The position numbers and the translations under genes were made by a program. The notes below the pieces were generated by a model, which had not been told where the DNA came from, ran no database searches, and worked only from the letters and a program-made list of their open reading frames with translations. 64,000 nt of DNA from NCBI RefSeq assembly GCF_009914755.1, contig NC_060932.1; one strand, given 5' to 3'. Positions 54,176 to 64,000 of this stretch are shown here, piece after piece; the stretch's first letter is position 1, and the number at the start of each line of letters is the position of its first letter. The stretch comes from the human T2T-CHM13v2.0 reference genome, Homo sapiens.

Positions 54176-55781
54176 GCTGTGTGAGTTTGGTTTTCTGTCC
54201 GCTGTTCTAAGCCACACGGGCTTCAGGTAGAGGCAAGGACTGACCTTCACTTCTCTAGGGGTCCGGAGGCAGGAGCCTGCCTGGACAGGTCAGAGGCGGT
54301 GGCCAAGGAGACGCAGGACCTGACCTGCCTGCTGCTCCCGCCTCACAGGTCTCAGCCTGGCAGGTTCCTCTCCACGGGGCCCTGGGATGTTGCTGGTGAA
54401 TGGAAAAGATGAACGAGGAGGAGGAAATAGCTGTTCCACGATAACATACTGAAAAAGGTACACCTCACGTGGCCCTGTTTCCCATCTGAGGTGGGGGCGG
54501 TGGAGGATGGGAGCGCCAGATGTATGGAAAGCTGGCAAGTTGCTTCACTCTTAGCACGTTAGAAATCAAGGAATCCAATTCCAAACCTGAAATTACCCAT
54601 CACTCTATTTGCAAGATGAAGAGTTTGAGGCAGCCGCTGACATTGCATATCCCCAAACACCAGGTTTTCATGAAGGAGAAATGCTATGGAGGTGGAGGAA
54701 CCTGGGGCTCTCCAGAGATGCAGGTCTTCACTTCAGCCTACCCCCACCCCTCACTCTCCAGGGACCCTAGACACAGAAGTACCAGGTGGGAGGGAGTGAT
54801 GCTGAACAGAGGGTGTTACCTTAAGACACTGTCCAGGCAGAGGACACTGCAGGCTGCCTCCTCTGTCCAGCCTCGGGAGAGTGTGCCTTCCCACATCCCT
54901 ATTTCAATCCAGCCTTCAAACTTCTCACTAAGGCTGCTTGGCCAGTTTGCCAAGTCAGTTCTGCAAGGGATTTGTGCATTCACCCCACAGGTTTACTGAG
55001 CATCTACTATCTGCATAGCCATGTGTCCAGCCTTGTAATTTATTCCTCTTCAACCAGGGATAAAGTATTTCCTTCAAATCTCCCTCTCCTCTTTCTCTCT
55101 CCTTAAATCTTTAAAAAAACAAACAAACAAAAAACCCCTCTGTCTTGAGTCCCACATCCACTGGCCACTGCCTTGCCTCGACTGTCATGTTGCAAGGCTG
55201 CACTAGTCACATGGGTGGCTGAGATGACTGTCCATCACCATCACCACCATCATCCTCATCTACCAAATTCTTCTGGAGTTTGGCATTGACAGGTTGACAT
55301 ACATAATCTCTTGTCATCTTCATCTAATAACATTTGTTCATAAAATATTTACTAAGTGCCTACCATGTGACTGAGACTGTTCGAATGCTTGGTATGCACC
55401 AGTGAATAAACCAGACAAAGATTCCTGCCCTCATGGAGCTTACATTCTAGCTGTGTGGTAGGGGTGAGAATAGATAAAATGAACAAGCAAAAAACGTAAA
55501 AAAAAGAAAAAATGATATGTAAGTTAGAAGGTGGTGAAGGAAAGTGGTGAAGGTTAGAAGGTGAACACGAAGGAAAGAAGTTAGGAGGGATAAGAGGTCT
55601 CTGGGCTGTCAGAGCTAGGGGATCTGGAAGGCCTCCTTGGAAGGTAACCTTTAAGCAAAGATTTGAAGGAGAAGAAGACATGAGTTATGAAGCTATGAGT
55701 GGGAGGAGGGATGCAGGCAGATACCATCCTAGTGCAAAGGCCCTATAAAGCATGCCCCATGCAGTCAAGAAACAGAAAGGA

Positions 55782-56193
<412 letters not shown>

Positions 56194-56552
56194 TTAGTAG
56201 TTGAGGTCAGAGAAGTGAAGAGGTGATGGGCTGGCTCACACCAGGTCTGGGAAGCCACTGTCAGCACTTTGGCTCTCACTCTGGTGAAATGGGGAGGAAT
56301 TGAAGGATTTTGAGCAGAGGCTGAGCTGGTCTGACCTGCAGATGTAAAGGCTCACTCTGACTGCCTGGCTGAGAGTATGCTGGGCGTTGAGGCAGGCAGA
56401 GGTGGTGGCAGGGAGATGGGTTAGGAGGCTGTTGCAATGACCCAGGTTGGGAGGATGGTGACCCTGGCCAGAGTGCTGATGGTGGATGAGAGAGGTGGTC
56501 AGCTCTGGATATAGTTTCCTGGTGCATTGGCTGCATGGTGAGAGAGAAAGAA

Positions 56553-56630
56553 AGTTGCGGTGAGCCAAGATTGTGCTACTGCACTCCTGCATGGGTGACA
56601 GAGTGGGACCCTGTCTCAAAAAAAAAAAAA
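56553..56630 (+). mobile_element. Alu 3'-end fragment
   Basis: gttgcggtgagccaagatt...ccctgtctc followed by poly(A). Confidence 0.85.
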
Positions 56631-56969
56631 GAGATACTGATGACTCCAACATGTCCAGCCTGCACAGCTAGAAGACTGAAGTTGCTCTTGACCAAGATGG
56701 GGCAAGACTGAAGATGGAGCAGGCTGGGGTTGGGAGTGGTGACTGGGTACTTGGGGCTGGCCATGTTTCATTTGAGGGGCTTATCAGACACCACAAATGC
56801 ATGTGAGCAGGAAATCGTTGTTATGTGGATGAAATTTAAAGTCATGGCATTGGATGAGACCACCCAGCAGAAGAAGCTGGGAACAAGAAAGGAGAAAAGG
56901 AGACACCGAAGTGAGAGCCAGAAAGAGTGAAAGTTAGTCCAGAGAGTGTGGGTCATGGAGGCCAAGGGG

Positions 56970-57008
56970 AAAACAAACAAACAAACAAACAAACAAACAA
57001 ACAAAAAA
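56970..57008. repeat. (AAAC)n microsatellite
   Basis: Directly visible. Confidence 0.9.
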
Positions 57009-57099
57009 ACCTGTCTAGGAAGAGGCAGTGACCCACTCAGTAAAATGCTGCTGATGGGTCGAGAAAGATTAGGACTGAGGATTGACCACTGGCTCTCAC

Positions 57100-57240
57100 C
57101 CCTGAAATGGATATTCCACCCATTTTAAGGTGAGGAAAAGGAATCGCAGAGTGAGGAAGTAACTTGCCCAAGGTCACAAGCTGCAAGCAACAGCGCTAGG
57201 ATTTAAACTCAGGTCTGTGCAAAGCCAGGGGCCTTGGCAC
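57100..57240 (-). mobile_element. MIR
   Basis: aagtaacttgcccaaggtcaca...ggatttaaactcaggtctg. Confidence 0.85.
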
Positions 57241-58264
57241 TTCTCAAACTCACCCCTTGGGCTCCAAGTGTTCCATAGGCCAAGGAAGGCAGCTCTGAGA
57301 GGCAACAATTCATGTTCCTGCTAGGTATTTGTACTCAGGAAGCCTGAGGGGAGGGGAAACTGCAGGTGAATATGGGACTGACAGCGCAATTTTTAAAATC
57401 TTCTCAATCCAGGGCGAGGTGTGAGAGGCACGCTCAGTGCTGGGCCTTCTTTTCTTGCAAATGACCATCCCACCCAGGTAACTAGGGGCTTGACCCTGGA
57501 AGGCACTTCCAGTTAGCGGCCGAGCTTTAAAGCGTTGCATCCTGGAGATACTTGCATTTTAATGGCAGAAGGGCATTTCCACAACCAAGTGGCAAAGAGA
57601 GATAGGGCAGGGGTTGCAGAGAGAGGTGAACCCACCCGACCCAAATCAGGGATCCTCTATTTTTTTCACTCCTGGGTGACCTGCCCTCTGCAATGCCTTC
57701 CTGCATTGGTGGCCCCAGCCACTCAGCCAGCTCACAGGTTCCTGGGGTAGGATGACGGTCACCTATCTCCCCCTGGTGTCGGCTCTTCCCATTGCAGCCC
57801 CGGGAGATAGAGGGCGATCTCCGCCTACCCGCCAGCGAGGCCTGGGGAGCCACACCTAAGACGTGGGTCCAGGGTCCTTCTCCCTACCCCATCCTCTGCG
57901 GCTCTACACCTGGGCCATGGCACAAACCCTCCGCATTGCCAGCACCTGGGAGTTCGAATGTGTAATGGCTTCTTCTGACTCAATGTCAGGTTAGCAGTGC
58001 AGACCTAACCCGCAGTAAAGAAATGAGGGTCCCTGATTTGTGCACACCACTGTACCCCCACGTAATTTCCTCGGCTGAATCACTTGATACTGCCAGGCCA
58101 CCATTAAACCATTTGTAAAGGGAGGTGACAGAACCAGAGGAGTCTCACAACCCACTCCTTCCCTGTATTGGCTTAGGTGGCTGGCTTCTTCCCAGGGCCT
58201 GGAGCAGTCCCTGGAAACACCTCAGGATGTTCGGGGTGTACTGCAGGTTGCTCTCCACCCACCA

Positions 58265-58505
58265 GAAGCAGTACTGTGGAGTGGTTAGGGGCAGGAGCTT
58301 TGGAGGCTACACAGACCTGGGTTCAAATCCTGACTCTGTTGCTCATGAGCAGTGGGAATCTTTCTGTGCCTCAGTTTCCTCATCTGTGAAATGAGTGCAC
58401 TCATGCCTTCTGTGCTGGGTGGCTGCAAGGCTTAAGTCTGATACTGTTCATAAAGTGCTTAGCACAGAGCCTGGCCACGTGGAGAATGGCCAGCAAATAT
58501 CACCA
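58265..58505 (+). mobile_element. MIR (near full length)
   Basis: gtggttagg...acctgggttcaaatcctgactctg...ctgtgcctcagtttcctcatctgt. Confidence 0.88.
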
Positions 58506-59309
58506 TGTAGTAAACACTGGGGACCAGAGGGCTGGAGTGGGTGGGAAAAAGGCTACAGCCAGGGGATCCAGGCTCTAGTCTCACCACGCCATGTAATACA
58601 ACTGTACTTTAGAGCAAACTAATGTCCTCCAGGTTGTGAGGAGGCTCAAACGAGGTACTGAGGCAGCACACCGATGGGTGCCAGGTTGGGAGCCAGCCCA
58701 GCTGCACTCTCCTGCTGATCTTGAGAGAGTCGTTTTATCTCTAAGGGCTGTGGGTTTCTCATCACGGACAGGGATCAACACCTGCCTGACCCACCTCCCA
58801 GGAGTAACTGGAGATGAAGAGTGTGAAATGACAGCACTGACGTGCTACAAATAAAAAGGATTGTCATGATAGGGAAAGTGTTTTGAAAATTGTACAGCTT
58901 ACCCTGCTGTTAGCAAGAGACCAAGCCCCCAACATCCCGCGCTTGCTCCATATCACGGCACGCATCTCCCTGCGTGGGATCTGCCTATTTTCTTGCTGGT
59001 CTCCCAAGCATACAGAGGTCTCTGCCCTCAAGAAGTTTATGTTCTCATTGGAGAGACAAACAAGAAAATGAATGGTGAGAACCCTGAAGGTAATACCAGG
59101 GGCAGAGGTAGGCAGTTCTCCATCCACCTGGAATCCTTGCTAGAAACACCCAGTGAAGGAACAACAATTCTCAGAAGAGAAGCTTAGCCCCAGGGCAACT
59201 GCCCAATGGCTTGGCAACGATGGACAGGGTTACAGAGCCCTTGTATAGTGAAGAAGGTGCTGGAACGGAAGTCAGGAGGCCTGGGTGGTAGTCTAGGCTC
59301 TCTATTAAT

Positions 59310-59752
59310 TTGAAAAGACTACATATTGTATGATTCCAACTTTACAACATTCTGGAGAAGGCAAAACTACGGAGACAGCGAAAAGACCAGTGGTTGCCAG
59401 AGGTTAGAGGGAGGCATGAATAGGTGAAGCACGGAGGATTTTCAGGGCAATGAAACTACTCTGTATGATACTATGATGCCATCACGCATTTGTAGAAACC
59501 CACAGAATGTGTGACACCAAGAGTGAGCCCTAATGTGAACTATGGATTCTATGGATTTGGGTGATACTGATGTATCAGCGTAGGTTCGTTGAGTAGAACA
59601 AATGCACCGCTCTGGTGGGGGGAGCTGAGGGTAGGGGAGGCTGTGCCTGTGTGGGGGCAGGGGTACATGGGAATTCTCTGCACCATCTGTTCAATTTTGC
59701 TGTGAACCTAAGACTGCTCTAAAACATAAAGTCTATTAAAAATAAATAAATA
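59310..59752 (+). mobile_element. L1MC-type 3' end inserted in a MIR
   Basis: Same 3' UTR as the 18.2-19.4 kb copy (tgtgaacctaagactgctctaaaacataaagtctatt). Confidence 0.88.
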
Positions 59753-60559
59753 ATTTTCCCTGATCTGTTGTTTCCTCGCCTGTAAAACAGAGACACTAAT
59801 ACCTGCTCTGCCTGCCATGACACCCACATGGCCATGATTGGGGTCTAGTGGACTCTGCGAGTACAAGACCAACATGTCAGGGGTGCGCTGGTCCCTGGAA
59901 GAATGAGAGATGCCCTCAAAGTCGGGATCCTATGACAACTGCCCCTGCCAGCCCAGCCCCCAGCAGCTGCTGCAGCCCCCTCCTCTGGCAGTTCTCACCT
60001 CCCCACCAGGCAGTGGGGGTTTTGGACTGCAGTGGGCACCTCCTCCCAGCAGCAGCTCCCCACAGCAGAGCTGGGAGCTCCACCCACCTCCTTCTCTCCA
60101 CCCCTCACCCACAAGCCGGCAAGTTTTAACAAATAACACATGATACTGCTCTTCTAAAAATCTGCCAAACCTTTCTCAAAACTCCCCTTTAGGCCACAAC
60201 CTTCTTTCACCAGTGAGAGCAGGCAACAAGTCCCTGTAGCATTCAAAATGCTCTTCCTTCTAAATGGCTCCCACAAAGGCCGGCAGCTATTTTAAAATCC
60301 AAGAAGCCTTTGCTGACACTCCCAACATACCGCTGTGAACAGATCCCAAACATGTGAAGAGCCCTACACTGACGCTTGTTCAATGCCTTTAAAACAAACA
60401 AACAAAAAAACAACCCAGGATGCAAATCCATTGAGTGCTCCTTTCAGGTCCCATGTGCCCCCTTGGTAGATCAGCGCACACAGTTTTTTTCAAAGAAACA
60501 GTATTTGATCTGAGAAACATCTGGAACCTGTTTCCCCAGCACTTGGCTGGGAGCTTTCA

Positions 60560-60830
60560 GTGGATGTCAGCGGCCCAATCGCTGAGCGTGCACCCTGCCT
60601 GCCTGAGCTGCCGGCAAGATCTATCGGACTGGGGGTGGCGGATTGGGTAAGGGGGGGCGCTGTTTGATTAAAAGCTGCTGGGGGCAGGTTCAGGTCTGAC
60701 AGGAAGTTCTGGAATGACAGAGAAGGCCACGAGGATAAGGAGCCCTGGGAGTGAAGATTAAGACTGGGAATCCTGCTAATGGAGCCACCCTGAGTAAGAC
60801 AGTCGCCGGAGCACGTGGCCGTTCTGTTAA
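60560..60830. promoter_or_regulatory. Promoter-like module with two CCAAT boxes in opposite orientation
   Basis: CCAAT ~60575, ATTGG ~60642, G-rich GGGGGGGCGC ~60651, E-box CACGTG ~60813, local CpG retention. Confidence 0.4.
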
Positions 60831-62427
60831 GGTTTCCCCTCAGCCATTAAGTGTTTAACAGACAAGTAGTAACAACAACAATGGACATTCTCACTATTGC
60901 AAGATGCCCATCACAGGCAGGGCAGGGGTGCGTTCTGTGTGTATCCCTCACTACCGGAACAGTACCTGGCAGAGGGGCAGAGAGTGGAGCTCCATCCGGA
61001 TCTGCTCCAGTGAATACATGAATGACTGAATGACACCCCCTCTCCACTGTCAACATTACAGGCCTGTTTTCAGGAACCGGGGGATTCCGGAGGCAAAATT
61101 ACATAGGTGAAAGGTAGTTGACTGCAAGCCAGGGAAGCTGCCATCCGGGGCTGGTTCTCCCACTTCCCAGGTTTGGCAAGTGTGACCCTGGGCAGCGCCC
61201 TCATCTGTCATCAAGGGGATAATCCCCGCTCTATCCATCTCCCCATGTTGCTAGGAGGATCTGTCCTGTGAAGTCCTGCATAGGAAGTGTCTTTGCAACC
61301 TGAACATCTAACTGCAAAGGTTAGAAATGCTCACAATCCTCACTCCCCTTTCACCCAGTCCAGTTGCATCCAGAGGAGCCCCGGATGACCTGGCTGGGGA
61401 CCTGGGCTAGAGTGGGACACAGCTGAGTGATGTTAGCACTTTGACTACTTGCACTGAAGGAGCCAGGGACAAAGGATAAAATGACTTGATTCGTCCTTGC
61501 CTGGGTGCTTCGCGCCCTCCTCACCTGCCTTCCCACACCTGGCTCCGCCTGTTAGCACCTGAGCCCTTCATTTACAAGCTCAGCGGCCTCCTGTCCCCTC
61601 TGCCTCTGGGCCTCAAACACACACAGGTCTCCTGGAACCTTGGAAAGTCCAACTCTTCTTTTGTGTCTTCTGTCCTTCAGACTACAAATCCATCTCTTTC
61701 TATTGTAGTGACAACTGATCCCATCCATGAAACTCCAGTTAGGTGCTCGGCACCAAATACAGTGGCATCTCATGAATTCTTCCCTAAACCCTCACCTGAT
61801 GCACTGGTGATCTCCCCAGGGTGGCCCCTTACCCTGTCCTGACTTTACCTTCTGCTCCCAGCCCGCAGTCCTGGAACGATCCAGATCCAGTGGCTCTTCC
61901 CCAGCCTGGCCCCATGCAGCCTCTCCCAGCAGTGGAGCCTGGTGACTCCTGCTCCCCATTCCTGCCTCTTCCCTGCACCTCCCTCCTCTGTGCACCTTTA
62001 CTTCTTCTGCAATGTCCGTGACATCATCATTCCCCACGCTCTGCCCCAAAGTCCTTCCACCCTGCAATTTCATGACATTGCCTCTTCCCCCTGCAGTAGG
62101 GGCTCGGCTGGCTGAGCTCCAGCTCCCAGGGCCAGCATAGGGCAGCCCCCTCCAGCCCCTGCGGCCACACCTGCACCCCTCCTGCCCACTATCCCCTTCC
62201 TCCTCCTCTTCCCTCAGAAGCATCTCCTGCACCTCCCACCCCTGACTTCCAGTCAGTGGCCAGGTCCCATTGGCTCCAAAGGAGCTGGACACCCTTTGAA
62301 ATATCCTCCTAACTCCCACCATTCACACCGTTTATCACCTTGGAATGAGCATTTCCAGTCGACCCCTCAACCCCTCCTTCTGCTGTATTTTGACACTGCC
62401 CTTTTATTGGCTCCTTCCTGCCAGAAT

Positions 62428-63000
62428 TTACTTATTTATTTAGAGTTGGGGTCTTGCTCTGTTGCCCAGGCTGAAGTGCAGTGGCACAATCATAGCTCCT
62501 TAGCCTATTGCAGCCTTGAACTCCTGGGTTCAAGTGATTTTCCCACCTTAGCCTCCCCAGTACCTAGGACTACAGGTGTGAACTACCAGGCCTGGCTACT
62601 TTTTTTTTTTTTTTTTTTTTGAGACAGAGTCTTGCTCTGTTGCCCAGGCTGGAGTATAGTGGCGCGATCTAGGCTCACTGCAACCTCTGCCTCCTGGGTT
62701 CAAGTGATTCTCCTATCTCAGCCTCCCAAGTACCTGGGATTACAGGCATGTGCCACCACACCCAGCTAAGTTTTGTATTTTTAGTAGAAATGGGGTTTCA
62801 CCATGTTTGCCAGGCTGATCTCCTGACTTCAAGTGATCTGCCCACCTCAGCCTCCCAAAGTGCTGGGATTACAGGCATCAACCACCATAAGGCCTGGTTA
62901 ACTTCATTTTTTTGTAGAGATGGGGTCTCTAACTCCTGACCTCAAGCAAATCCTCCTGTCTTGGGCTCCCAAAGTGCTGGGATTAGAGATGTGACCCACT
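62428..63000 (-). mobile_element. AluJ split by an AluS (62599-62896) inserted in its A-rich linker
   Basis: Right arm, then full Alu, then left arm. Confidence 0.9.
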
Positions 63001-63494
63001 TCGTAAATATTACTGAACACATACTGTGCCCAGCCCCTGCCAGCACTTAAACATTCGCAGGCATCTCTTCTCCCCTGGCAAAGCGGTGGTGTGAGTAGCC
63101 TACTCCATGGGATCCACTCCTCATTCACTCCTTGGTCCCCTCACACGGGTAACCAGTGGCTTGCTGGGGTAAGGCAGTGCGTGCGTTTCCTGTGGCCTCA
63201 CCCAACCTCTCTGGCTGGCTGCTGTTGAGCATAGCAGAGCCTACCCGCAGGTAAACCTGTCCTCCTCTCAGAGTCCACGCCTGCTGGAACACTGAGGATG
63301 CAGACCCAGGTGCCCAGCCCTGCCTTCTCTTCTGGAGTCAGATGGCAGACCTGCCTCTCGGGCAGCTACCTCTGGATGCTACAGCCTCCTCAAACTCTAT
63401 GGGTTTCTGTGCAGAAGTCGGTGCCAATGGCTGCCATCCCTGTAAAAAACCCAGTGCTTCTCTGTGTCCCCTTCTTGGTGAAGGCACCGTTATT

Positions 63495-63625
63495 AGAGTT
63501 AACATATACCCCAGCTTGCCAGCGCCATGCCCAATGACACACATTGTCCTGGCGTAACTATTAACAGCATCCCCCTTTAGTCTCAAAAGGGTCCTGTCTT
63601 AGATGAGAAATTATATACTCAACCT
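63495..63625 (-). mobile_element. MER94-type hAT-Blackjack MITE
   Basis: ttgtcctggcgtaactattaacagcatccccctttagtctcaaaag with decayed terminal inverted repeats. Confidence 0.75.
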
Positions 63626-64000
63626 CATTGTTACCCACTCGCCTGCTCATCACAGAAACCCGAGGGTCATCTGGACTCTCCCTCTCCCCAATATCCCCAC
63701 AGCCCCCAAGCTCTATGGGTTCCACGTCCTTAACATCTTTTAAGCCCAGCCCATGGTCCATGCCATCACCTAGGTTGCAGGGTGGGCACCTTGCCTTCAA
63801 TCTTACCTTTCTTCCATTCTTCCACCTGCTGCTGGAGTGACCTTCCCAAATTGCAAATCTGATCACATTTACCAGCCTAAAAATCAAATGGTGACTCTCC
63901 TCCCCCAGCCACCAGCCAAACTTTAAGATAAACTCTAAACTCCACACCAGGGCCATGAAGTTCTTGGCTCCTAACCATGGATGTGCCCCTGCCCTACCCG

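Larger units (their letters stand above)
61640..64000 (+). mobile_element. Long decayed L2 interrupted by Alus and MER94
   Basis: C/T-rich L2 motifs; 3' part ttccacctgctgctggagtgaccttcccaaattgcaaatctgatcac. Confidence 0.6.

Noticed and set aside
54520-54999. 159-aa AUG ORF
   Set aside because: No recognisable domain, promoter or splice context; consistent with chance.

Overview
Primate genomic DNA, most likely human (AluJ, AluS and AluY plus L1, L2, MIR, LTR and DNA-transposon fossils). It is not prokaryotic. I found no complete protein-coding region, tRNA/rRNA gene or CRISPR array. Nearly all ORF-track entries come from repeats, microsatellites or GC-rich sequence. The main functional structure appears to be the 5' end of a minus-strand spliced gene that runs off the left edge. 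It has a CpG-island promoter (~13.4-14.75 kb) with a first exon ending at a GGG|GTAATT donor (13951), a candidate cassette exon (6544-6779) carrying six AUGs, and a strongly signalled 169-nt AUG-free exon (1130-1298). I could not recognise the gene, so no symbol is given. The ~50 kb to the right is gene-free upstream DNA. It holds several repeat-free, homeobox-motif-rich blocks resembling conserved developmental enhancers, two further promoter-like modules (~26.5 kb and ~60.6 kb) and several nested transposon insertions. The most interesting hypothesis is a splicing-controlled 5' leader: skipping the AUG-rich exon joins the two flanking exons into a continuous, possibly CUG-initiated frame with a hydrophobic segment. 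Repeat subfamily calls and boundaries were made by eye and are approximate; conservation was not computed.
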